32,000 nt of DNA from positions 2,137-34,136 of the forward strand of contig CALXJP010000017.1 in the NCBI GenBank assembly GCA_944388655.1. Direction: 5' to 3'. The DNA is from an uncultured Clostridia bacterium. GTDB taxonomy: Bacteria; Bacillota; Clostridia; TANB77; CAG-508. The notes below the pieces were generated by a model. The model made no database searches. It was not told the DNA's origin and saw only the letters and a list, made by a program, of their open reading frames with translations. Shown in pieces: positions 1-9,976 of the stretch. The position numbers and the translations under genes were made by a program. Within the stretch, counting starts at the first letter, position 1. Every line of letters begins with the position of its first letter.

Positions 1-90
1 GATAGTAATGGTTTAGCTCAATGGCTAAAAGAATTATCTCATAGAGAAGAAGAAAGAATGAAGAAATTTGGCTTTATGAAGATAACTTAA
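1..90 (+). CDS. C-terminal fragment of an unidentified plus-strand protein running in from the left (DSNGLAQWLKELSHREEERMKKFGFMKIT*)
   Basis: Open from base 1 to taa at 88-90, followed by a strong bidirectional hairpin; product not identifiable. Confidence 0.4.
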   Translation, partial: DSNGLAQWLKELSHREEERMKKFGFMKIT

Positions 91-107
91 TTACAATAGG
101 AATGAAT

Positions 108-150
108 AATAGAAGAGTTACTATATAAAAAGTATAGTAACTCTTCTATT
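108..150. terminator. Bidirectional intrinsic terminator between the leftmost plus ORF and murG
   Basis: Perfect 18-bp inverted repeat aatagaagagttactata (108-125) / tatagtaactcttctatt (133-150) with a 7-nt loop and a T-rich flank; overlaps the murG stop codon. Confidence 0.75.
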
Positions 151-1261
151 ATATTATTTTTTTGATTTCTTGATAGATATGCTCTTCCACATGATCTTTG
201 GCAATTTTTCTTGCATTTATCCCCATTTCTTGCATCTTTTGTGGATTATTGATTATGGCTTGTATGTTTTGATTTAACTTTTGTGCTGTTAAATTTTTAT
301 CTAGTATAATATTGGCAGCTCCTACCTTTTCTAATACTTTGGCATTATATTCTTGGTGATTTTCAGTGGCATAGGGAAATGGTATAAATATAGCTGGTTT
401 TCCTACATTAGCAATTTCTGTAATAGTCATTGCTCCACTTCTTGCTACTACTAAGTCAACTGTATTTAACACTTCTTCCATATTATATATGTATGGTACA
501 ATTTTTGTTGTTTTCATATTTTGTACATCAATTTGTTTTTCTTCTAACTGATTTTTGATACTTTCATAACCAGTAGCCCCTGCAGCCCATAAAATATTAT
601 AATCCTTGTTCATTTTTTCACTTATTATCTTTACAAGACTCTCATTAATACTTTTGGCTCCTTGACTCCCGCCAAAGAAAAGTACTATTGGTAATCCATT
701 GTTTAAATCTAGGCCTTGCTTTAATTCATTTTTTTGTGTTTGCGACATATTCATATATTTTACTTTAGTAGGTGTTCCTGTTACTACTACTTTTTTTGCT
801 TTAGAAAGTCTTTCTTTAGCTTCTTTAAATCCTGTTAATATGACGTCTGCTTTTTTCGATAATACTTTTATTGCCATTCCTGGAAAAGCATTGCTTTCAT
901 GTAGTACTACAGGAATTTTGCATTTTTTTGCTGCCATTCCCACTGCTATACAAATATATCCTCCTGTTCCTATAACTACATCTGGTTGTAATTCTTGTAT
1001 AATTTTTTTGGCTTGTGAAATAGATTTCATGGTGTGGTATAGTCTTTTAACATTATCTATATTTATTTTTCTATTAATTCCATAAGCATTTATGGTTCTT
1101 AGTTCATAACCTGCTCTTGGTACTAAGTCATTTTCTAATCCTCGTGGTGTACCAATGAATGTAATTTGAGAGTTTGGCTCTTGTTTTTTTATTTCATTAG
1201 CTATGGCTATTCCCGGATTGATGTGTCCTCCTGTTCCTGCCGCTGCAACCACTACTTTCAT
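149..1261 (-). CDS. murG: UDP-N-acetylglucosamine--N-acetylmuramyl-(pentapeptide) pyrophosphoryl-undecaprenol N-acetylglucosamine transferase
   Basis: 370 aa ORF; MKVVVAAAGTGGHINPGIAIA, GTGGY, HESNAFPG, FFGGSQGA and ARSGAMTITEI motifs typical of MurG. Confidence 0.96.
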   Translation of the reverse strand: MKVVVAAAGTGGHINPGIAIANEIKKQEPNSQITFIGTPRGLENDLVPRAGYELRTINAYGINRKINIDNVKRLYHTMKSISQAKKIIQELQPDVVIGTGGYICIAVGMAAKKCKIPVVLHESNAFPGMAIKVLSKKADVILTGFKEAKERLSKAKKVVVTGTPTKVKYMNMSQTQKNELKQGLDLNNGLPIVLFFGGSQGAKSINESLVKIISEKMNKDYNILWAAGATGYESIKNQLEEKQIDVQNMKTTKIVPYIYNMEEVLNTVDLVVARSGAMTITEIANVGKPAIFIPFPYATENHQEYNAKVLEKVGAANIILDKNLTAQKLNQNIQAIINNPQKMQEMGINARKIAKDHVEEHIYQEIKKII

Positions 1262-1273
1262 AAATTTCCTCCT

Positions 1274-2429
1274 TTATACTTTTGCACCATTTCTTGATAT
1301 ATTTAGTAATATTCCCACACATGTTAATACAATCAGTAATGCGGTTCCTCCATAACTAATAAATGGTAAAGACATTCCTGTTACTGGCATGGAAGATGTT
1401 ACAACCGCAATGTTGATGAGTGCTTGAATTCCTATTAAGGAAGTTATTCCTACTGCTAAGAGACTTCCAAATGTATTATCTGCCTTCATTGAAGTTAATA
1501 GTCCTCTCCATATAAATAGTCCAAACAGGGTTATGACTACTACACATCCCACAAAGCCTAATTCTTCTGCAATAATAGCAAATATGAAGTCATTGTGAGG
1601 TTCTGATAAATAGAGGTATTTTTGTTTACTTTCTCCTAAGCCTACACCAAATAGTCCTCCTGAACCTATTGCATATAAACTTTGTATAATTTGCCAACCA
1701 CTATCTGTTGGGTCTGCCCATGGATCTAAGAATGCAGTAATTCTTTCCATTCTAAAATCCCCTTTTCCGCGTTGTTTGGGCTAATACAAATATACCTATT
1801 ACTAATACTGCTATTCCACAGGCTCCTACTGTTAAGAAATATCTCATTTTTGTTCCTGCCATAATCATCATAACACATACTATAAGGCCAATAACAATAA
1901 TCGCACTTAAGTGGTCTTGTATGAAAAATAGTATGGCAACAGGAGGAATTAAAAAGGCTAACGGTTTGATAAACCCTCCTACAAAAGTATGCATTTCATT
2001 TTTATGTTGTGTAAAATATCCTGCATAAAAGATAATTAATAAAATTTTAGCAATTTCTGATGGTTGAAATCTACCTATAATAGGTAATTCAATCCATCTT
2101 TTTGCTCCTTTTGCTTCACTACCTAAACCTGGTATACTTACAGAGATTAGAGCAATAATCGCTAGTATATATGCTATTTTATAAAGTTTTCGATATTTTT
2201 TATAATCTATTTTAGATACGCCTAACATAACTAAAATGCCAATTCCTGCAAATGCTGCTTGACGAATTACGTAATAATAACTATTTCCTGTTATGGAAAG
2301 AGAATATGGCGCACTTGCTGATAGTACCATAACTACTCCAATGGCTAGTAACAAGATAACAATTATAAATAATATAAAATCAAATGGCTTTTTTTCTGTT
2401 TTTGCTATATTTTTTATTTTATTAACCAT
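1274..2429 (-). CDS. ftsW: FtsW/SpoVE/RodA-family peptidoglycan glycosyltransferase, split by a +1 frameshift at an in-frame CGG (1767-1769)
   Basis: ORFs 1752..2429 (N-terminal, DFILFIIVILLLAIGVVMVLSASAP, KGAKRWI) and 1274..1750 (C-terminal, RITAFLDPWADPTDSGWQIIQSLYAIGSGG) are adjacent parts of one protein. Removing one nucleotide gives ...VLAQTTGKGDFRMERITAFLDPW.... Confidence 0.93.
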
Positions 2430-2447
2430 TTTCTCTTTCCTTTCTTT

Positions 2448-3425
2448 TTATATTGCCCATACACCTATGATACATGCAATTAAAGTAATGCAACTAAATA
2501 TGGTTACTACCTTATTTTCTTTCCATCCTGATAGTTCAAAGTGATGGTGTAAAGGAGCCATTTTAAATACACGATTTCCTGTTTTTTTAAAGTAACTTAC
2601 TTGAATGATAACCGATAAAGTTTCTAATATAGGTACTATTGCTAATATTAATAGTATAAATGGCATTTTTAAATATAGAGATATTGCTGCAACTGCACCA
2701 CCTAGCATAAGTGAACCTGTGTCTCCCATCATGACTTTTGCTGGATATAGGTTAAATACTAAAAATCCTAAGCAAGTTCCTGCAAGCATACTGCCAAATA
2801 TGGTTGCTTCTTTTACATCAAATACAATGGCAATGACCGTCAGGGCTGTTAGTATAATAGTGGTAACACTACTAGATAAGCCATCTATTCCATCTGTTAG
2901 ATTAATAGCATTAGTTGTAGATAACATCACTAATATAGCTAGTGGTACATATAACCATATAGGAAGTGAAATATAGATTTTAGCAAATGGTATATAAATA
3001 TCTGTTCCTATATGCAAAATATTGGTTAAATATAAAGTATATGCTACAGAAATAACCAGTAGTCCTACCATTTTAGCTGTTGGACTAAGTCCTTTTGTAT
3101 TTTTTAATACTAATTTTTTAAAGTCATCTATCAATCCTATTAATCCAAATCCTAGTGTTAATAATAACATTGGTAGCAAGTGATTGGCTACATCTGGCTC
3201 TTTTGTTCTATAGTAAAAATAAACGCCTATACATACGATAATGCTTGTAAGCATCATAATGATTCCCCCCATAGTTGGGGTTCCTTGTTTTTTTAAGTGT
3301 GATCTTGGTCCATCATCTCTTTCTATTTGCCCTATTTTTAGCCTTCTTAATAAAGGTATCACTATCACAGATATGATTAATGTTATGATAAATGATATCC
3401 CTAATACTTTTACTTGAAAATCCAT
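2448..3425 (-). CDS. mraY: Phospho-N-acetylmuramoyl-pentapeptide-transferase
   Basis: 325 aa; KKQGTPTMGGIIM, NAINLTDGIDGL, MGDTGSLMLGG, APLHHHFELSGWKE motifs. Confidence 0.96.
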   Translation of the reverse strand: MDFQVKVLGISFIITLIISVIVIPLLRRLKIGQIERDDGPRSHLKKQGTPTMGGIIMMLTSIIVCIGVYFYYRTKEPDVANHLLPMLLLTLGFGLIGLIDDFKKLVLKNTKGLSPTAKMVGLLVISVAYTLYLTNILHIGTDIYIPFAKIYISLPIWLYVPLAILVMLSTTNAINLTDGIDGLSSSVTTIILTALTVIAIVFDVKEATIFGSMLAGTCLGFLVFNLYPAKVMMGDTGSLMLGGAVAAISLYLKMPFILLILAIVPILETLSVIIQVSYFKKTGNRVFKMAPLHHHFELSGWKENKVVTIFSCITLIACIIGVWAI

Positions 3426-3436
3426 TAAACTCTCTC

Positions 3437-4930
3437 CTATTTTGCTTTTGATTTTTGCTCTAGTTCTTCTATTATTTCATTAACAATAATTCTTTCGTCA
3501 AAAGGATATTTTTTTCCTTGAATTTCTTGATATGGTTCATGCCCTTTTCCTGCAAGTACAATAATATCCTTTTTATCTGCCATTTTAATAGCGTAACGAA
3601 TGGCTTCTCTTCTATCTACAATACATATATATTTTCCTTTTGTCTTTTTTATGCCTTCTTCAATTTGCTCAACAATCTTTTCTGGTTCTTCTGTACGAGG
3701 ATTGTCAGAAGTAATAATGGTAAAGTCTGCAATTCTTCCTGAAATTTCTCCCATTATTGGTCTTTTGGTTGTATCTCTATCTCCTCCACAGCCAAATACA
3801 GAAATAACTTTTCCTCTTGTATAAGATTTGACTGCATTTAAAATATTTTCTAAGCTTTCTGGTGAATGAGCATAGTCAATCATAATGGTTAGTTCTTTTT
3901 TATTATTCACTAGTTCTGATCTTCCTGGTACTCTTACTTCTTCTAATGCTTCTTTTATATTTTCTGCATTTGCTCCTAATTTTTGTGCTACACAAATAGC
4001 AGCAAGAGAATTATATACACTAAATCTACCTGGAATGCAAGTTTTTATACGCTCATTTTGTGTTCCTATTTTTACTTTAAAGTCTACATAGGAATTGGTA
4101 ATTGTTATATCTTTTGCTAGTACATTACAATAATTATCTATTCCGTAAGTAGTAATATGGCATTCTGGTACTAATTTTGGTATTTTTGCTGAGTAAATAT
4201 CATCTGCATTGACAAAACCTACTTTACACATTTTAAATAGTTGTAATTTAGAGTTAAAATAATCTTGCATGTCGGGATGTTCTTTAGTACTAATATGATC
4301 TTCTGAGAAATTAGTAAATACGCCTATATCAAAGTCACAACCTGCAACTCTATTTAATTTTAGACTTTGTGAAGATACTTCCATAACTACGGCATCACAT
4401 TTTTCTTCTACCATTTTTGCAAAGATTTCTTGTAATTTGTTGCTTTCAGGGGTTGTTCTGTCACTATCTTCTAGTTTTTTATCTCCAATGTATACAGCAA
4501 TGGTTCCTATTAAACCTACTTTTAGCCCTGCTTTTTCTAATATAGCTTTTGTCATAAAGGTAGTGGTAGTTTTTCCTTTTGTTCCTGTAATTCCTATTAA
4601 TTTGAATTTTTTAGATGGATTATGATAAAAATTACATGAACATATAGCTAGTGCATATCTGGTATCTGGAGCTACAATAATTGTTATATCTTCTGGAATT
4701 TCTTTAATTTTTTGTAAGTCACTATCTTGCTGTAGCATAATAACTTTTGCTCCTTGTTCTATAGCATTTTTGATATATTGATGACCATCTGCATCAAAAC
4801 CTTTTATGGCTATAAACATTCCCTTTTCTTTTATATTTCTGGAGTCTTTTTCTATATGTGAAACCTCTACATCTAAGCTTCCTTTTACTTTTAAACCTTC
4901 TAAGCCTACTAAAATTTCTCTTAAAATCAT
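3437..4930 (-). CDS. murE: UDP-N-acetylmuramoyl-L-alanyl-D-glutamate--2,6-diaminopimelate ligase (Mur ligase)
   Basis: 497 aa; GITGTKGKTTTT P-loop, SSQSLKLNRVAGCDFDIGVFTNFSEDHISTKEHPDMQDY, DYAHSPESLENIL, SDNPRTEEP (DNPR meso-DAP signature), GKGHEPYQ. Confidence 0.95.
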   Translation of the reverse strand: MILREILVGLEGLKVKGSLDVEVSHIEKDSRNIKEKGMFIAIKGFDADGHQYIKNAIEQGAKVIMLQQDSDLQKIKEIPEDITIIVAPDTRYALAICSCNFYHNPSKKFKLIGITGTKGKTTTTFMTKAILEKAGLKVGLIGTIAVYIGDKKLEDSDRTTPESNKLQEIFAKMVEEKCDAVVMEVSSQSLKLNRVAGCDFDIGVFTNFSEDHISTKEHPDMQDYFNSKLQLFKMCKVGFVNADDIYSAKIPKLVPECHITTYGIDNYCNVLAKDITITNSYVDFKVKIGTQNERIKTCIPGRFSVYNSLAAICVAQKLGANAENIKEALEEVRVPGRSELVNNKKELTIMIDYAHSPESLENILNAVKSYTRGKVISVFGCGGDRDTTKRPIMGEISGRIADFTIITSDNPRTEEPEKIVEQIEEGIKKTKGKYICIVDRREAIRYAIKMADKKDIIVLAGKGHEPYQEIQGKKYPFDERIIVNEIIEELEQKSKAK

Positions 4931-5016
4931 AAAATTCTCTCCTCTTATTTTTATTTTAAGTCCCTTTTTGTCGTTTACATTATATAACTAATATATGCTT
5001 TTGTAAAGAAAATTTT

Positions 5017-6099
5017 TTATTTTAATATATTCTGGTTAAGGACTAATGTGCTATATAAAAATAATACATCTTGTGTTGTAAAATTTATATATTTATCTAA
5101 TAGTCCGCTAGATATATAGCGAATATCTATTAAGGTAATTTTTTGATAATGATTGATTAATAATGGTGCTATACTACTTCCAAAAGAATCTCTGAAAAGT
5201 AGTAATTCTTTGTTATTCTTAGCTTCTGGATTTTCTATTGTTATTAAAGGTGTTGCTCCTGATAGAAATATATCATATTTATCTGAAGAAGTTTGGTATT
5301 TTTCTAAGTCATAGACTTTTGCTTGCTTTTGTGTTTCTGCATTTTGTGTAATGCATTTTTCTATCGTTGTGCTATTTAAATATTGTAAGGTATCTGGCTT
5401 AACTGGCATTCCTAATTGTCCATAATATACTCCATAAAAATCACCTGCTTTTTGTAATGTATAATTTTCTTTACTTGTTATTGATAAGTTCATTTGCTTT
5501 TCTATTTGGTTTACTACTGGCATAATATTTTCTTGTTTCCAATGTGTATCTGTTTTGTAATAATCTTGAATGGTTAGAATAGAAAATAAGTCAATATAGG
5601 TCATATTCCTTAATTCGTTTTGAACAATTTGTTGCATTTTTTCATAATCCATTTTTAAATATTCTTCAGGTAAGAAATAATTTTTATCTGGAATAATGGC
5701 ATAATATACATTGCTTTTTCCTTGTAAATATTTTTGATAAATATTTTGAATTGTTTTTGCAGATTTCTCTACTGAAGCCTCATTTAATGGATATTCGATT
5801 TTATATATGCTATCTTCTAAAAGGAATAAGCCATTATTATCTTTTTGCTTTAATACTTGCGTATGAAAAATATTTTTGATTGCTCTTAATTTATCCCTTC
5901 CTATAAATTGATCCATAGCATATTCTTCAAATTCTTCTGATATACTAGCATCTAATACTTTTTTTATTGTTATTTCGGGAAATTGTGCTAATTTTCTTCT
6001 TTCTGCAATTGATATGGTTTCATCTGTTTTTAGTACATTCGCTACCAGCACGCTTAACAGTATTATGATGAATCCAAAGGTAATGATTTTTTCTTTCAT
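5017..6099 (-). CDS. DHHW/AlgJ-AlgX-like secreted or membrane-anchored protein, partner of the MBOAT acyltransferase
   Basis: 360 aa; N-terminal TM segment, RRKLAQFP, YYKTDTHW (DxHW) and FRDSFGSSIAPLL; adjacent to the MBOAT gene. Confidence 0.8.
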   Translation of the reverse strand: MKEKIITFGFIIILLSVLVANVLKTDETISIAERRKLAQFPEITIKKVLDASISEEFEEYAMDQFIGRDKLRAIKNIFHTQVLKQKDNNGLFLLEDSIYKIEYPLNEASVEKSAKTIQNIYQKYLQGKSNVYYAIIPDKNYFLPEEYLKMDYEKMQQIVQNELRNMTYIDLFSILTIQDYYKTDTHWKQENIMPVVNQIEKQMNLSITSKENYTLQKAGDFYGVYYGQLGMPVKPDTLQYLNSTTIEKCITQNAETQKQAKVYDLEKYQTSSDKYDIFLSGATPLITIENPEAKNNKELLLFRDSFGSSIAPLLINHYQKITLIDIRYISSGLLDKYINFTTQDVLFLYSTLVLNQNILK

Positions 6100-6111
6100 C
6101 GTTTCCTCCTC

Positions 6112-7515
6112 CTAAAATCTAAAGTATAAAAATGGATTAAAGGAACCATCTATAATATAACTTGTACACAATAGTAGTATAATGAAAAGAAATATAGGTT
6201 CTGCTATATTTTGTAACTTTTTGGCTTTTTCTTGTAAAATTGTATTTTTTAAAATAGGAGTTGCTCCTATACATGCTATTATAAGAGTTATGGCATAGCT
6301 TTTCACATAATAGATACTTTCTTGCGAGAATATAGGTACATTTCCTATTCCGATTAATCCTCCTATGTTTTCTACAATTTGTGTAATTCCTTCTCCATTG
6401 AAAATGATAAAGCTTATCATAACAATGAAATTGGTATATAGCATTCCTATTATTTTAGGAAGTTTTTGCAAATATTTGAGTAAAAAAAGTTTTTCTATTA
6501 TGAGTAATATTCCAAAATATAATCCCCATATGATAAAGTTCCAAGCTGCACCATGCCATAATCCTGTTAAAAACCACACAATTAAAATATTACGAATCCA
6601 TTTTAGTCGGCTTACTCTATTACCTCCTAAGGGTATATACACATAATCTCTAAACCATGTACTTAATGATATATGCCATCTTCTCCAAAAGTCTGTTATA
6701 CTTTGGGCTACATAAGGATAGTTAAAGTTTTCTAAAAAGGTGAATCCAAACATTTTTCCTAATCCTATTGCCATATCGGAATAACCTGAAAAGTCAAAAT
6801 AAATTTGTAACATGGCGGATATAGCGTATAACCAATAAAATAATACACTTTTTTCATCACTTGCTAAAAAGATGGATGTTAATTCTCCTAATACATTGGC
6901 AATTAAAACTTTTTTTCCTAATCCTATAATAAATCTTCTTACTCCTAAAGCAAAGTTCTGTATGGTATATTCTCTTTTTTCTAGTTCTTTTTCTATAGTT
7001 TGATATCTAACAATCGGTCCTGCAATTAATTGTGGAAATAATGAAACATAAGTAGCTAGTTTTAAAATATTTTTTTGTACTTTTACTTCTCCTTTATATA
7101 CATCTACTAAATAACTAATCATTTGAAATGTATAAAAGGAAATTCCTATAGGTAAAATTACATGAATGAGATCTATTTTTTGTGATAGCCATAAGTTAAT
7201 GTTTTGTATAATAAAGTCTGCATACTTAAAATATATGAGTAACCCTAGACTAAGTATAAGTGATAGTATTAAGAATACTTTTTTATAGGGTGTATGTTGA
7301 TACTTATCTATTAAAATTCCCAATATATAGGTACTTGCAATTGAAAAAGCCATAAGAAATACATATATAGGTTCTCCATAGGCATAAAAAATAAATGATG
7401 CTATTAATAAAACTAAGTTTTTGATTTTATTGGGTACTATATAGTATATGGCAAGTACAATCGGTAAAAAATAAAATAAAAATGTAATGCTTGAAAATAC
7501 CATTTTCTCCTCCAT
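6112..7515 (-). CDS. MBOAT-family O-acyltransferase (DltB/AlgI/PatB-like)
   Basis: 467 aa polytopic protein; [54 protein letters not shown]-like core, [17 protein letters not shown] catalytic His motif. Confidence 0.93.
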   Translation of the reverse strand: [467 protein letters not shown]

Positions 7516-7555
7516 TGAATAAAACCTTGAAGTTTTTCAAGGTTTTATGTATTTA

Positions 7556-8137
7556 TTATTCCATTGGTTCTGTTTCAAGAAATTCTTCTGGAAGTTCTTC
7601 TGTTTTTTCATATTCTTGTCCAATAGAACCTGCTAATTGCTTAAATTTTTCGTAAATTGGCTTTGCCCATTCTTCGCTAGCCATTACTAAACAAACTACA
7701 TCTCCGCTACTTGTTGCATAAATTTTTTCTGCTGATACACATATCCATTTTGCTGGATTAATTTGTTCAGACATCATTTTAGCAATATGATTAGCATCTA
7801 CGCCCTCTTTTACTTTTGCTAATACAAAAGAATATGCTTGAGAGCTCATCATTGGTTCTGATACAGCAAGAAATTCTAAGTCATTTCCATTTTCTAAACC
7901 AGTTACTGCTTGTACTGTATTGGCATCAGATGTTTCTACTATAGTAGTATTTAATGTAGATAATAGATTCTCTTGCCCTTCATATACCTCCTCGATTAAT
8001 TGTGATAAATCTTCTGCCGTTTCAATTGGTTTTAAGTTAGTTTTTGGCTGTTGATTGATGAAAACAATTGCTAAAACAATAGCGACTACGGCAATGATGG
8101 CTACTATGGCAATTATGATTTTTGTTTGCTTTTTCAT
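7556..8137 (-). CDS. DUF4358-like lipoprotein or anchored protein of the MBOAT cassette
   Basis: 193 aa; N-terminal TM, SQLIEEVYEGQ...MMSSQAYSFVLAKVKEGVDANHIAKMMSEQINPAKWICVSAEKIYATSSGDVVCLVM. Family assignment is from memory of the pattern and genomic context. Confidence 0.65.
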   Translation of the reverse strand: MKKQTKIIIAIVAIIAVVAIVLAIVFINQQPKTNLKPIETAEDLSQLIEEVYEGQENLLSTLNTTIVETSDANTVQAVTGLENGNDLEFLAVSEPMMSSQAYSFVLAKVKEGVDANHIAKMMSEQINPAKWICVSAEKIYATSSGDVVCLVMASEEWAKPIYEKFKQLAGSIGQEYEKTEELPEEFLETEPME

Positions 8138-8202
8138 ATGATTTCCCCCTCCTCTTCTACTATACCATATCTATATTAGATACGCAACAATAAAAAAAAG
8201 TT

Positions 8203-9885
8203 TTATTCCGAGTAAATTTTGGCATAATTTTTTAAAAGTGTATAATAAGCGTTAATATGGTGTTGTACATCATCAATTCGAATTTTAAAACTCGCTGTTC
8301 GTTTAAAAAATGCATATACAATTTCATTGGGATGATTAAAATACATTGCATATTCTGGATAAAAGCATCCATTTAATTGCTTTTCTGATACCTGCTTAAT
8401 CATATTTGTTAATTTCTCTTTATCAAAGTATGATACATCTATTTTATTTTCTATAGCTCTATCATATATTTCTAGTCCAGTTGCTAATAACTCTAAGTTA
8501 GTAGGGGAACCATATATATCATGTAACATTTCATTGTAATTTTGTGTCATATTTCTTAACCCTAGTTCAAAATATGCTTCATTAGGAATGTATTTGGTTA
8601 TTTCATTAACACTATATTGTATCCATTGATCTCTGTATTGTTCATATTCCTTTTCCACAAAATAATCCATTGATTTTTGAGCTGCTTGTAAATATTTTTC
8701 ATCTTTTGTGTATTCGTATAACTTTAATAAAGCAAAAGTTGCTTCTCCATCATAATAGGTTGTTCTATATTCTGCCTTTTCTTGAAAAGTAGGATAATCA
8801 TATACATGATAATAAGAACCATCCTCATTTTGCATTTCTAAAATACCATTAGCTAATTGTATGGCCACTTCTTCATATTGGTTGGTTTGAAATGTTTGCA
8901 TATATTCTACTAGCATGAGTAGCCCTATTCCATTGGCTCCTAATTTTAATTCATTATCTTTTTCTTCTAATATAAAAGCTGTATTTTCATCCTTTTGTTT
9001 AACTGCATTTTGTATGACATATTGAATGGCTAAATCTATTTTTTGTTTTAATTCTTCCTCTTTTGTAAGAGTATAAGCTTGTATCATACTCCAAGTAGTT
9101 CCTTCATGTCTTAAAATATTATAGTCTTCTGCTTCTTCTTGTTCTATAGGATAATATAGGTATACAAAAGAGCCATCTTCTTTTACATGATTTTGTAAAT
9201 ATTGCACTGCATTTTTTATTGTATTTTCTATTTCCTCTTTTTCTAATCCATCTGTGATTCTTCTTCCATATCCATTACCAGATGAATATGTAGTATATAG
9301 GTTGCCTTCTTCGTAAAAATAACTCTCACAACTAAATAAAATTAGTTGTTCTGGCTGTTCTTTTAGTGTTATCATTCCTTTATTGGTTGTGTTTAAGTAT
9401 GCATTTAAATTATCATAATCTATATCATTGATTGCATAATCTATAATTTTATTACTATTTAATTCTGCTTCTAATAATGCTACTTCATAATCTTCTGAAA
9501 AAGAAATACCTTTTTTAAAGCAAAATTTTTCCGCATCATATATATAAGAATATAAATCTGATGTTGCAATCTTTTGTTCTTCTTTTACAATGTCTATTTT
9601 GATATACTTTGGGGTTATTGATTCTTGTATAATTTTTTGTTTTGCTTTTTGTATAGCTTCACTTAAAGAGTTTCCACTAGCATTTCTTACAATGGCTTTT
9701 TGTTTTCCATCACTAATAGAAATAAATACTTGTTTACATTCTTGTAAGTCTTTATTTTTTAATATTTCTTCTTGTATTTTACCAATTTCATAATCTAGCT
9801 GTATTGTATCTATATGATTGAATGTTAATCCTATCATTGCTATCATGATTATTATTAAAATGATAATTCCTATTTTTTTGCTCAT
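8203..9885 (-). CDS. Membrane-anchored alpha/alpha-toroid-like protein of unknown function (possible polysaccharide-active enzyme)
   Basis: 560 aa; N-terminal TM; repeated helical segments (NTIKNAVQYLQNHVKEDGSFVYLYYP, ANGILEMQNEDGSYYHVYDYPTF, AAQKSMDYFVEKEYEQYRDQW) resembling glycoside hydrolase or epimerase (alpha/alpha)6 repeats. Confidence 0.6.
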   Translation of the reverse strand: MSKKIGIIILIIIMIAMIGLTFNHIDTIQLDYEIGKIQEEILKNKDLQECKQVFISISDGKQKAIVRNASGNSLSEAIQKAKQKIIQESITPKYIKIDIVKEEQKIATSDLYSYIYDAEKFCFKKGISFSEDYEVALLEAELNSNKIIDYAINDIDYDNLNAYLNTTNKGMITLKEQPEQLILFSCESYFYEEGNLYTTYSSGNGYGRRITDGLEKEEIENTIKNAVQYLQNHVKEDGSFVYLYYPIEQEEAEDYNILRHEGTTWSMIQAYTLTKEEELKQKIDLAIQYVIQNAVKQKDENTAFILEEKDNELKLGANGIGLLMLVEYMQTFQTNQYEEVAIQLANGILEMQNEDGSYYHVYDYPTFQEKAEYRTTYYDGEATFALLKLYEYTKDEKYLQAAQKSMDYFVEKEYEQYRDQWIQYSVNEITKYIPNEAYFELGLRNMTQNYNEMLHDIYGSPTNLELLATGLEIYDRAIENKIDVSYFDKEKLTNMIKQVSEKQLNGCFYPEYAMYFNHPNEIVYAFFKRTASFKIRIDDVQHHINAYYTLLKNYAKIYSE

Positions 9886-9925
9886 ATAACCACCCCGCTT
9901 TTATTTTACTATTACTTGGATGGAA

Positions 9926-9966
9926 AAGCAATAAGCACCCACAAAAAATGTGGGTGCTTATTGCTT
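9926..9966 (-). terminator. Strong intrinsic terminator downstream of the PIN-like gene
   Basis: Perfect 18-bp inverted repeat 9926-9943 / 9949-9966 (aagcaataagcacccaca...tgtgggtgcttattgctt) with a 5-nt loop; minus-strand sequence continues with TTTT. Confidence 0.85.
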
Positions 9967-9976
9967 ACTTTCATTT

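Noticed and set aside
699-4991. Plus-strand ORFs 699..1085, 2293..2544, 2605..2976, 3518..3742, 3600..3824, 3885..4091, 4437..4625 and 4806..4991
   Set aside because: They are antisense to clearly conserved murG, ftsW, mraY and murE; low-complexity hydrophobic translations without ribosome-binding context.
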